Origin: Aquificaceae bacterium
GTDB taxonomy: Bacteria; Aquificota; Aquificia; Aquificales; Aquificaceae
NCBI GenBank assembly: GCA_039630345.1
Contig: JBCNVD010000009.1
Location: 1 to 51,042, forward strand
Length of the DNA stretch: 51,042 nt
Direction of reading: 5' to 3'
Shown here: one piece after another, positions 1-8,481 of the stretch
Position numbering within the stretch: the stretch's first letter is position 1
Layout: the number at the start of each line of letters is the position of its first letter
Notes under the pieces: model-generated
What the model saw: the letters and a program-made list of their open reading frames with translations, nothing else
The model's database searches: none
Told to the model about the DNA's origin: nothing
Position numbers and translations under genes: made by a program

Positions 1-22
1 AAGATTCTAAAAACTCTTCCAA

Positions 23-382
23 TCAATTTTTGTCTCCTATGACTCTGTTTTTGTCATCAACAAAAACCAGCTTTGGCCTATGGTTTTTTAAAGAGTTTTC
101 GTCAAGCATTATAAATGTTGCTATTATTATGATGTCCCCAATTGCCCCAAGTCTCGCCGCTGCGCCATTTAGTGCAACCTCGCCGCTTCCCCTATTTGCT
201 GAAATGGCATATGTCGAAAACCTTGCCCCGTTTGATATGTTGTAAATTTCTATCTTCTCAAAGGGCACTATGTCAGCTCTCTCCATCAGCTCTTCGTCAA
301 TGGATAAAGACCCCTCGTAGTCTATTCTGACCGCGGTCACTCTGGCTCTATGGATTTTGGACTTTAAAATTGACCTTAGCAT
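23..382 (-). CDS. panD: Aspartate 1-decarboxylase proenzyme
   Basis: [16 protein letters not shown]...YEGSLSID (Gly-Ser self-cleavage site), [15 protein letters not shown]; start trimmed to ATG at 382. Confidence 0.96.
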   Translation of the reverse strand: MLRSILKSKIHRARVTAVRIDYEGSLSIDEELMERADIVPFEKIEIYNISNGARFSTYAISANRGSGEVALNGAAARLGAIGDIIIIATFIMLDENSLKNHRPKLVFVDDKNRVIGDKN

Positions 383-432
383 ATGGCTTTTTAAATTAAA
401 ACATTCAGCTTTTGATTTCAAGCGGGTAGTGC

Positions 433-461
433 TTGACTTTGACTTTTTCTTATCTTATAAT
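433..461 (+). promoter_or_regulatory. Sigma70 promoter of porin gene
   Basis: TTGACT (433-438), 17-bp spacer, TATAAT (456-461); SD AAGGAGG at 483-489. Confidence 0.85.
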
Positions 462-497
462 GCTGCTAACTAATTTACCTTAAAGGAGGGTGCAAGC

Positions 498-1676
498 ATG
501 AGAAAGACACTTTTAGCCTTGGCTGCTCTTATGGGAGTAGCCACATTGCCAGAGGGTGCTCAGGCAGTTGCTTTTAGAATCGCCGACGATGTCAGAGGTA
601 ACATGGGCTTTAGAGGTCAGTTCTGGCTCCAGGGTCGTGGCGAGCGCGTAGCTGGCAACAAGGGGGATATTGACATAAGCCTCAGAAACGTAAGGCTATA
701 TGCAAACGGCGAAATCAGCAAGTATATGTACTTTGGTGCAAACCTTGACTTTACTCCAAATACCGCAAGGGCATCAGACGCCTTTGCAGGCATCAAGTTC
801 CAGGATGAGTTTCGTGTCCAGATGGGTATTTTCAGAACCCCGTTTGGAAGAGCATCTCTAACAGATAGCTATACATTCCTTGTTCCGACGGGTTATTTCT
901 ATGGAATCCCGGATGTTGCTAACACCTTGCAAGGAGCAAAGGGCACAACAGGACTCTCATCATACAGAAACGCCCAGGTTGCCGTCTGGGGCGATATTGC
1001 TGATGCAACTTTCAAATACTACCTTAGCGTCTTTGATGGTCCTTATAACAACGACACAACTCAGCGCGGTAGCGACAAATTAGGTGTGGCTTTCAGGGTT
1101 CAATTCACCCCAACCATGCTAGGCTTTAAAGGCGAAAAGGGCTATGGTCTTCGTGACACTTATCTAGGAAGACAAAACGTCCTATCCTTTGGTGCTGGCT
1201 ATATAGCCCAGAAGTGTGAAATTCCTCCAGGTCCTGCTCTTAACCTCGGCGGAACATGTGCAACAACAGCCACAACCACCTCAACTACAAGCTACACAAC
1301 TTCTGGTTTTGTCCTTGACGCCAAGCACGAGCAAAGATTTGGCAAAGAGTGGATAGCAGGCTGGGAAGCTGCATACTTTGGAATCCGCGACATCAATGCA
1401 GCAAAAGACGATCAGAACGGCTTTTATCTCCAGGTTGGCGCAATCTATGACAAAAAAGCAGGAGTAGGAAAGCCAGGCTTTGCAGTCAGATACGACTACT
1501 CTGAAAACAAACCCAGCAGAGGCTCAAAACAAAAGTTCAGCCGCATCGGCGGTGCATTTAATTACTTCATAAAAGGTCAGGACGCAATGGTTCAGTTTGG
1601 TGTCGACACTGTTAACAGACCTGCAGGTCAAAAAGACTATTCTGATGTAACTTTAGCCTTCCAGGTTCAATTCTAA
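498..1676 (+). CDS. Outer-membrane beta-barrel porin (OprO/OprP-like family)
   Basis: Signal peptide ending AQA, amphipathic beta strands, G-x-FRTPFG motif, C-terminal Phe (FQVQF), strong promoter and SD. Confidence 0.8.
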   Translation: MRKTLLALAALMGVATLPEGAQAVAFRIADDVRGNMGFRGQFWLQGRGERVAGNKGDIDISLRNVRLYANGEISKYMYFGANLDFTPNTARASDAFAGIKFQDEFRVQMGIFRTPFGRASLTDSYTFLVPTGYFYGIPDVANTLQGAKGTTGLSSYRNAQVAVWGDIADATFKYYLSVFDGPYNNDTTQRGSDKLGVAFRVQFTPTMLGFKGEKGYGLRDTYLGRQNVLSFGAGYIAQKCEIPPGPALNLGGTCATTATTTSTTSYTTSGFVLDAKHEQRFGKEWIAGWEAAYFGIRDINAAKDDQNGFYLQVGAIYDKKAGVGKPGFAVRYDYSENKPSRGSKQKFSRIGGAFNYFIKGQDAMVQFGVDTVNRPAGQKDYSDVTLAFQVQF

Positions 1677-2576
1677 ATCCCTTATGCGCCCCGCCTCTGG
1701 GGCGCGCTTTAAAATCTCTTCAAAAGCAGCTTCTCTCTTAACAGGCTTTAGCCAGCTTTGAGCTCTCATCCATCTTATTTGCCTTTTTGCCAGCTTTAGA
1801 GTGTTTTTAACAATCTCAGTCCTTGCCTCCTGCAGGGTTTTCTCTCCTTTGATGTATCCAATCAGTTCTTTGTAACCTATTGCCTGACTTGAGGTGATAA
1901 AGCCTTCAAAACCGTTTTGTATCAGATGTTTTACTTCCTGAATAAGTCCTTCTTTGAGCATTCTGTCCACTCTTTGTTCTATTCTCTCTTTGAGCTCTTT
2001 GAGGTCTATATCTATGTAAAATCCCTCTATCTTCGGCTCTTTTTTAAAAGATTTCTGAAAGGAAGAGAAAGCCCTTCCTGAGTTTATAAAGACTTCAAGA
2101 GCTCTTACTATGCGCCTTAAGTCATTTGGATGAATCCTTTTTGCATAAGACTTATCTATTGATAGTAGCTTTTGATAAAGCCAGGTTTTCCCTCTCTTTT
2201 TTGCAATTTCATAAAGTCTTTTGCGAAGTTCAAAGTCCGGCTCTGGCGTTTCATCCAGTCCCATAACCAGTGCCTGCAAATAGAGATATGTCCCGCCGCA
2301 AACAATTGCTAACCTTCCAGAGCTATGAATTTCTCTTAGTGCATCTTTTGCAAGTTTTAGAAAAATCATCGCATCAAATCTTTGGTTTATTTCAAGGATA
2401 TCAACTAGGTAGTGTTTGACTTTTTGCATACACTCCAGTGGTTTTGCAGTGCCAATATCCATCTTTTTATAAACCATCATGGAATCAACGCTTAATATCT
2501 CGCCCCGAAGAGCAATAGCAAGAGCACAGCAAAGCTCTGATTTACCGCTGGCGGTTGGTCCTGTTATTATAAGCAT
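1653..2576 (-). CDS. miaA: tRNA dimethylallyltransferase
   Basis: GPTASGKS, SVDSMMVY..MDIGTAKP, GGTYLY, RIVRALEV, QAIGYKE, AKRQ.W. Confidence 0.96.
   Translation of the reverse strand: MLIITGPTASGKSELCCALAIALRGEILSVDSMMVYKKMDIGTAKPLECMQKVKHYLVDILEINQRFDAMIFLKLAKDALREIHSSGRLAIVCGGTYLYLQALVMGLDETPEPDFELRKRLYEIAKKRGKTWLYQKLLSIDKSYAKRIHPNDLRRIVRALEVFINSGRAFSSFQKSFKKEPKIEGFYIDIDLKELKERIEQRVDRMLKEGLIQEVKHLIQNGFEGFITSSQAIGYKELIGYIKGEKTLQEARTEIVKNTLKLAKRQIRWMRAQSWLKPVKREAAFEEILKRAPEAGRIRDLELNLEG
1686..1710 (+). terminator. GC hairpin after porin gene (inside miaA 3' end)
   Basis: GCGCCCC-GCCTCT-GGGGCGC followed by short T run. Confidence 0.55.
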
Positions 2577-3134
2577 TCAAAGAAACATATCTATTCCCGC
2601 GATCCCAAAAGCACCGTTTTTATAACACTGCTTTGCCCTCTCAAAATTAACCCCACCCAGTGCATAAACCGGTATACAAACCGCGCTTGAGACCTCTTTT
2701 AGAGCGCTTAAGCCTATTGGCTCTACATCTGGGTGAGACCTGGTTTTGAAAATAGGCGACAGGGTTATAAAGTCTGCCCCCTCTTTTTGTGCCTTTATAG
2801 CTTCTTCAAGAGAGTGGGTCGAAACCCCCACTATTAAATCTCTGGATAATGACTTTACGACCTTTGGGGAAAGACCATCTGATGGCAAATGCACCCCGTC
2901 TGCGCTGACTGCCATGGCGATATCAACGCGGGAATTTATAAAAAGTAAAGCTCCATACTCTTTTGTCATGTTTCTTATCTTCTTTGCAAGAACATAGAGC
3001 TCTCCTGCATTCATATCTTTTTCTCTGAGTTGAAACATCCTTATGCCCCTATCAAGGAGCAACTTAAAACTCTCCACAGGGTCTGCCCTTCTTCTGTCGC
3101 TTATGGCGTAAACTCTGTGGAGCTTTTCAAGCAT
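2577..3134 (-). CDS. ThiE/TenI family protein (TenI-like paralog)
   Basis: QLREK, ADGVHL, GVSTHS, VYALGG; has NSRVD instead of NDR.D and TRSH instead of TxTK. Confidence 0.8.
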   Translation of the reverse strand: MLEKLHRVYAISDRRRADPVESFKLLLDRGIRMFQLREKDMNAGELYVLAKKIRNMTKEYGALLFINSRVDIAMAVSADGVHLPSDGLSPKVVKSLSRDLIVGVSTHSLEEAIKAQKEGADFITLSPIFKTRSHPDVEPIGLSALKEVSSAVCIPVYALGGVNFERAKQCYKNGAFGIAGIDMFL

Positions 3135-3153
3135 GTGTGCTAAATTATAAATT

Positions 3154-3816
3154 GTGAAAAAGTTTGACCTCAGTCTCTATCTTGTAACTGACGATGCTTA
3201 TTTAGAGGGGAGAGATGTTCTGGAAGTTTTAAGGCAAGCAATAGATTCAGGAATCACCGCAATCCAGTACAGGTTTAAGAAAAAACCAGCTTCAGAAATG
3301 TATAAAGAGCTTGTTTCCCTTAGAGAGATAACAAACAAGTATGGCGTTACTCTGATTGTAAACGACAGGATTGACCTGGCTCTTGCGATAAACGCTGACG
3401 GCGTTCACATAGGCCAAAAAGATTTGCCACCTGAAGTAGTAAGGTCTTTGGTTGGCGAAGGTATGATAATAGGCTATTCGGTAAACTCTGTTGATAAACT
3501 CCTTGAGATAGAAAACCTGCCCATAGACTACATAGGTTTTGGCTCTGTTTTTGACACTTCCACCAAAAGCGATTATACCTTAGTGGGTCTAGATGGTCTT
3601 AGAAAAGCCTGCGGAATTAGCTCAAAGCCCGTTGTTGCAATAGGTGGAATTACCTCTGCAAGGGTGGGAGAGGTTCTCTCAGCAGGCGCAAAGGGCATTG
3701 CAGTTGTATCTGCAGTCCTTGGCTTTGAAAACATAAAGAGCGCAGTTAGCGCCCTAAGGCAGGCAATAAAGACATACCATATTAAAAATCTCCATGAAAA
3801 CTATCTATCTGCTTGA
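3154..3816 (+). CDS. thiE: Thiamine phosphate synthase
   Basis: QYRFK, VNDRID, DGVHIGQ.D, GYSV, TSTK, VAIGGI; GTG start. Confidence 0.93.
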   Translation: MKKFDLSLYLVTDDAYLEGRDVLEVLRQAIDSGITAIQYRFKKKPASEMYKELVSLREITNKYGVTLIVNDRIDLALAINADGVHIGQKDLPPEVVRSLVGEGMIIGYSVNSVDKLLEIENLPIDYIGFGSVFDTSTKSDYTLVGLDGLRKACGISSKPVVAIGGITSARVGEVLSAGAKGIAVVSAVLGFENIKSAVSALRQAIKTYHIKNLHENYLSA

Positions 3817-4657
3817 TTCTCACGCGCTTATTTACAGGAGTTTTTTCGCACTTCCTAAATTAACCACAAAAGACGGATTTCCTACAGGTGCTCTCTTTGG
3901 GTTTTTAAAAACTACTTTTAAAATCCTTAAAACAAGACCCCGCTTCGCGGCTGCGGTTTTTGACCATCCTTCAGACACTCACAGAGACCTTATCTATAGC
4001 TCCTATAAAGCCACCCGCCCTGCTATGCCAGATGAGCTAAAACTTCAGCTCCCCCTTATTAAAAAGTCCTGTGAACTTCTTGGGCTTTCTTTGCTGGAAT
4101 TTGAAGGCTACGAAGCAGACGATGTTATTTACACCCTTACAAAAACAGCAACAGAGAGCGGTTTTGAAGTTTTGATTATCTCCCCTGACAAAGACCTGCT
4201 TCAGCTGGTTGACGAAAAAGTAAAGGTCTTAAACCCCATAAAAGAAGAGCTCTTTGACCGTCAAAAGGTCTTTGAAAAATTTGGGGTTTATCCTGAAAAG
4301 ATAAGAGACTTTCTTTCTTTAGTGGGTGATAAAGTAGACAATGTCCCGGGAGTGAAGGGCATAGGACCAAAAACCGCTTTGCAGGTGCTTGAGCGATATG
4401 GAAATGTTGAGTCTATTATTAATTCCTGGGATAAGTTCTCAAAGGAGTTTCCAAAGGCAAATCTGGAGGAGCTAAAACTCTCTTATGAGCTTATAGGTCT
4501 GAAGGCTGTCCAAAGTAAGCTACCTGAAATTGAAGAGCTATCTATAAAGCCTATGAAAACCCCAGAGCTAAAGACATTTCTAGAGCAGTATGAAATGATC
4601 AGTCTCCTTAAAGAGCTTCCTAATCGTCCTTTGCCTTTGCAGCGAAGCCTTTTTTAA
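3794..4657 (+). CDS. Stand-alone 5'-3' exonuclease (PolA N-terminal domain / flap endonuclease-like)
   Basis: LLDSHALIYRSFFA, YKATR, EADD, DKDLLQL, GDKVDNVPGVKGIGPKTA (H3TH); no polymerase domain. Confidence 0.93.
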   Translation: MKTIYLLDSHALIYRSFFALPKLTTKDGFPTGALFGFLKTTFKILKTRPRFAAAVFDHPSDTHRDLIYSSYKATRPAMPDELKLQLPLIKKSCELLGLSLLEFEGYEADDVIYTLTKTATESGFEVLIISPDKDLLQLVDEKVKVLNPIKEELFDRQKVFEKFGVYPEKIRDFLSLVGDKVDNVPGVKGIGPKTALQVLERYGNVESIINSWDKFSKEFPKANLEELKLSYELIGLKAVQSKLPEIEELSIKPMKTPELKTFLEQYEMISLLKELPNRPLPLQRSLF

Positions 4658-4667
4658 AATCTTAAAA

Positions 4668-5012
4668 ATGCCCTGGAATGTAATAGTCAGAAAGCAATTC
4701 AGTTGGGCACATTACCTTACTAACTACAAAGGCGCGCCTGAGCCTGTTCATGGTCATACCTGGACCGTGGAGGTTTTTCTAAGGGCTGAAACTCTGGATG
4801 AAGGTGATATGGGATTTGACTTTCTGGAAGTAGAGGAATTTTTAAAGAATTTACTGCCTGATTACTGTCTTCTTAATGAGGTTTTTGATTTCTCGCCAAG
4901 CGCGGAAAATGTGGCAAGATGGATATATCAAAAAATCAAACAGAAGTATCCAAGCGTTTCAAAGGTTGTAGTTTGGGAAAAGCAAGATTGTGCAGCAGAG
5001 TATTTTGAATAA
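4668..5012 (+). CDS. PTPS/QueD family protein (ExxHGH motif)
   Basis: F.WAH, EPVHGHTW, LLNE, PSAENVA, VWE. Confidence 0.88.
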   Translation: MPWNVIVRKQFSWAHYLTNYKGAPEPVHGHTWTVEVFLRAETLDEGDMGFDFLEVEEFLKNLLPDYCLLNEVFDFSPSAENVARWIYQKIKQKYPSVSKVVVWEKQDCAAEYFE

Positions 5013-5013
5013 T

Positions 5014-5035
5014 CCCCCCAAGAGGGGGGGTAAAA
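5014..5035. terminator. Hairpin between convergent genes
   Basis: CCCCCC-AAGA-GGGGGG followed by TAAAA. Confidence 0.65.
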
Positions 5036-5039
5036 GCCT

Positions 5040-5483
5040 TTAGGAAATGGCTTGCTTTGCCTCGCGGGCTTTTTTAGCCATCTCTGGGTCGTAGGCTTTG
5101 CCCTGCCAGAGCATTTGATAAACTACTTCGTAGGTGCTCTCTGTGAGCTCTGTAACTTCTTTAAAGAGCTTGTTAAAACCCTCGCTTCTATGAGACTCTT
5201 CGTGGTCTTCTAGGCTTCTCCAGAAGGTTACTATGAGAACTTCACGGTCTTTTAGCGGATGCTCGGTTGTTTGACCTACAGTTGAGCCCTCCAGAGACAC
5301 ACCGCCTGTATTGAGAGCTACAAATCCTCCATAAAAGCCAGTGTCGGAGTGATAGGTTTTAACATGCTCGCAAAGGTATGCGAGTTTTTCCATAACATCG
5401 TCAACCGTCACTCCTTCTTTAAGAACCACGTAGTTGATATTGATAACTGCGTCATCCGGCGCATTTACTATTTGGTTTAGCAT
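5040..5483 (-). CDS. Dimeric alpha-beta barrel protein resembling the N-terminal half of sulfur oxygenase reductase
   Basis: LC...GFYGG, TFWRSLEDHEESHR, YEVVY; strong SD AAGGAGGT. Confidence 0.7.
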   Translation of the reverse strand: MLNQIVNAPDDAVININYVVLKEGVTVDDVMEKLAYLCEHVKTYHSDTGFYGGFVALNTGGVSLEGSTVGQTTEHPLKDREVLIVTFWRSLEDHEESHRSEGFNKLFKEVTELTESTYEVVYQMLWQGKAYDPEMAKKAREAKQAIS

Positions 5484-5531
5484 CTTACACCTCCTTAAGG
5501 CTATTAATATATCCTTAATAACTTCGGTCTC

Positions 5532-5558
5532 ATAATTTTTGCTTATTGTTTTTATAAG
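5532..5558. promoter_or_regulatory. Overlapping LysR-type inverted repeats upstream of SOR-like gene
   Basis: ATAA-N7-TTAT (5532-5546) interlocked with CTTAT-N7-ATAAG (5542-5558); -10 TATATT at 5511-5506. Confidence 0.55.
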
Positions 5559-6719
5559 TTATACACCTTCGTAAGAGTTCTCGTATAGGGATAAAATGTC
5601 CTCTTCAGTTGCCAATCTTGGGTTTATAAATATCAGTCTCTGAGCTAAATAAGCAGCATCCTGCGAAAGTCTCTGAAGGGATTGTCTTTCTACCCCAAGG
5701 TCTTTGAGGGTTATTCGCTTATTTATCTTCTCGAGGAATTTCTCATGAGCATCTATGGCTCTGTGGGCTTTTTCCTCCTCCCCCATCAGCCTTGCAAAGA
5801 GGGCGTACCCTTCTTGATTTGAGCTGTGATTAAAGCGGGTAACCGAAGGTCCAAGGGCAGCAAGACCGTCAGCATGGGCTATAAAAGGGTAGTGCGCAGA
5901 AACTGGATGCTCAAGCCCGTGAATTAGAGCAACCTTTTTTCTATCTATTGCCATTCCTGCAAGCATAGAGGCATAACTCATATAAGTGCGCGCTTTTATG
6001 TTTTGCGGTTCTTGAATTGCCACTTCTAACCAGGATTTTATATACTTTAGCGACTTTATAGCAAGCTCAGAGGCAAAAAAGTCCTCTACTCTGTTGGTTA
6101 GAGCTTCAAGAGCGTGAGTAAAAGCGTCAACGCCTGTAGTTGCTGTCAGGTTTTGATCCATACTTATGGTAAGTTCCGGGTCAATAATTGCCACTTTTGG
6201 ATAGAGAAGTGAGTTAGATATTGTGAGCTTCTCTTTGCGAATGCTGTTAGAAATTACGCTATATGAATTTACCTCGCTACCTGTTCCTGCGGTTGTTGGT
6301 ATAAGTATCGTCGGCCTTGCAACATAGGGGACCAACCTGGGACCTTCAGGGTAATTAACATAATCCCAGGCGCTCCCTTCGTTTGAGGAAACTATCGAAA
6401 CAGCTTTCGCACAATCAAGAGAGCTCCCCCCTCCAAGACCTACTATAAAGTCCACCCTTTCTCTTATTGCTATCTCACTGGCTTTTCTTACGATCTCTGT
6501 GCTTGGGTTTGGCTCAACCTCATCAAAGACCAGAATCTCTTCTATGGAGGATTTTTTCATATACTCAATCGCGCGCATAAGCGCGCCGTTTTTTTTACTG
6601 CTAGCTTTACCGGTTATTAAAAGAGCCCTTGAGCCAAACCTCCTTGAGACATCTCCAAGTCTCTTTAAAGAGCCGGGACCGAAAATGACCTCTGTGGGGA
6701 GGTAAAACTCAAAGTTCAT
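5559..6719 (-). CDS. Iron-containing alcohol dehydrogenase
   Basis: GLGGGSSLD.AK, PTTAGTGSE, DAFTHALE, HGLEH, H. Confidence 0.93.
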   Translation of the reverse strand: MNFEFYLPTEVIFGPGSLKRLGDVSRRFGSRALLITGKASSKKNGALMRAIEYMKKSSIEEILVFDEVEPNPSTEIVRKASEIAIRERVDFIVGLGGGSSLDCAKAVSIVSSNEGSAWDYVNYPEGPRLVPYVARPTILIPTTAGTGSEVNSYSVISNSIRKEKLTISNSLLYPKVAIIDPELTISMDQNLTATTGVDAFTHALEALTNRVEDFFASELAIKSLKYIKSWLEVAIQEPQNIKARTYMSYASMLAGMAIDRKKVALIHGLEHPVSAHYPFIAHADGLAALGPSVTRFNHSSNQEGYALFARLMGEEEKAHRAIDAHEKFLEKINKRITLKDLGVERQSLQRLSQDAAYLAQRLIFINPRLATEEDILSLYENSYEGV

Positions 6720-7159
6720 GCTTCGGTTATGTCTTCGCGCTGGAGTTCAACCTCCTCTGGCAAGGGCGCTTCTAAGGTAAAAGACGGGTATGTTGGGAAA
6801 ATGCCTTCCTCTTCGGCTTTTTCCGCGCAATGGGCGTGGTAGCGCGTCCATGGAATTGCCTGAAGACGTTCTATGGGGATTTCTTCCCCGCAGTATTCGC
6901 ATATGCCATAGGTTCCTACCTGCATCTTATAAAGAGCATGGTCTATTTCCTTTATCAGGAAAATCTCCCTTGCCGAGAGATTATCAAGAAGCTCCTGGGT
7001 ATACGTCATTTGACCTATGTCTTCAAGGTCGCAGGGTTCTCTGACCTCTTCTTCTATTCTGGCTTGAGTCGCTTCTTTTTTTTTGTAGCGCTCAAGGAGC
7101 CTTGCCTTTTCCTCAAGCAGGCTATCTCTAAGAGACATAAGGATATGCTTCTCCAGCAT
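6716..7159 (-). CDS. dksA: DksA/TraR zinc-finger protein
   Basis: Coiled coil with DLED tip, GTYGICEYCGEEIPIERL.AIPWTRYHAHC; SD GGAGGT. Confidence 0.85.
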   Translation of the reverse strand: MLEKHILMSLRDSLLEEKARLLERYKKKEATQARIEEEVREPCDLEDIGQMTYTQELLDNLSAREIFLIKEIDHALYKMQVGTYGICEYCGEEIPIERLQAIPWTRYHAHCAEKAEEEGIFPTYPSFTLEAPLPEEVELQREDITEA

Positions 7160-7211
7160 TTTACACCTCCCGAAAGAATCTAAATTAACCCCCTTTTTGA
7201 TATTTTCCAGT

Positions 7212-8438
7212 TTATTCTTTTAAGAGTTCTTTCATCCTTATTGGAGCTTCAGTCAAGGGTAGGGAAGAGTCATAGATTTCTCCTTTTACCCCGCACTCTA
7301 GAAATGCCTCGTATAGCATCCTAAGACCCTTTTCCGCCTCTGGACCGTTTCTTCTCACTACCCATATCCAGTCTCTGTTTAGCTTGCCCTCTTTATGAAG
7401 GTCTCTGATGGCGTTGGCAACGCCTTCTCCCAGGGTTACATCTATGCGCGTGTTATTGGCAGTCCCTCCGCAAACGAGAATGCCTCTAAGGCCGGGCTTT
7501 GACAGGATTATTTTTGTGATTTTATACATCTTTTCCGCAGGGGGGTTTCCACCTATATCTGTGAAGTTTGCCGGCTTTAGACCAACTGCGTAGGCTGTTT
7601 CTATCGTAACTGTAGAGCCTCCCCCGCCAAATGTCATCATTGCAATGTCACCATCAACCTCTACATATGAGCCTGCTTTGCCCCTGTGGTCATCGCGGTC
7701 TATCAAGGAGGCTTCTATTTCTCTTTGAGTTGGTGGGCGCTTCATCGCAGTTCTGACGCCATATATTTTGGCAGGCGGGATACTTGCATCGTCATCTATG
7801 GTAACGACTGCATCGAGTGCAACTACTCTGAGTTTTTCACCGACTTGGCATATAGCAAGCGGGTTTATTTCAATAAGTCTTGCTTCTGATTCCCAGAATG
7901 CTCTCCAGAGTGCTGATATGACCTCGGAAAGCTCTCTAAGCAGGCTCATGTATTTATCCTCAAGGTTTAGCTCAAGAAGGTAGTTTCTTACCATATGAGG
8001 GTATAGACCTTTAAGGGGGTTTATAACCCAACTCTTTACTTTCTCTTCGGGGACTTCTTCTATGTCCATTCCGCCTTCTAAACTTAGCGTCAAAACAGGC
8101 GCTCTTACCTGAGTTGAATAGGTAATTGAAGCGTAGAGCTCTTTGAGGATGTTTGCCTTCTCTACGACTAAAAGTCCCGCAGGGAGTTCTCCGTAGACAG
8201 GGAAGTTAATAAGTGCTTCAAAAGTCTCTATCGCCTCTTCTGGAGAGTTACAGATCTTTACAGCACCTGCTTTACCGCGCTTTCCAACCAGCACTTGAGA
8301 TTTTATGACGCACTGACCAAGCTGGTTTACAAACTCAACAACATCATCGCTTAAATGATCTGCAAATAAATACCTAAGCGTTGGGACCCCAAACCTTTTA
8401 AACACCTTTTCGTATGCTTCGTATTCATATAGATTCAT
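7212..8438 (-). CDS. ccsA: Citryl-CoA synthetase large subunit (ATP-grasp, reductive TCA cycle)
   Basis: MNLYEYEAY, KSQVLVGKRGKAG, MTFGGGGS, ANFTDIGGNPP, GGTANNTRID; recalled near-identity to Hydrogenobacter CcsA. Confidence 0.85.
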   Translation of the reverse strand: MNLYEYEAYEKVFKRFGVPTLRYLFADHLSDDVVEFVNQLGQCVIKSQVLVGKRGKAGAVKICNSPEEAIETFEALINFPVYGELPAGLLVVEKANILKELYASITYSTQVRAPVLTLSLEGGMDIEEVPEEKVKSWVINPLKGLYPHMVRNYLLELNLEDKYMSLLRELSEVISALWRAFWESEARLIEINPLAICQVGEKLRVVALDAVVTIDDDASIPPAKIYGVRTAMKRPPTQREIEASLIDRDDHRGKAGSYVEVDGDIAMMTFGGGGSTVTIETAYAVGLKPANFTDIGGNPPAEKMYKITKIILSKPGLRGILVCGGTANNTRIDVTLGEGVANAIRDLHKEGKLNRDWIWVVRRNGPEAEKGLRMLYEAFLECGVKGEIYDSSLPLTEAPIRMKELLKE

Positions 8439-8481
8439 TCGGGTTATTATACATTTTCTCAAGCTCAAGGAGGTGTTTTGA

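Noticed and set aside
3794..4657. Truncated polA pseudogene
   Set aside because: Clean domain boundary, no downstream polymerase remnant; split PolA is known in this lineage
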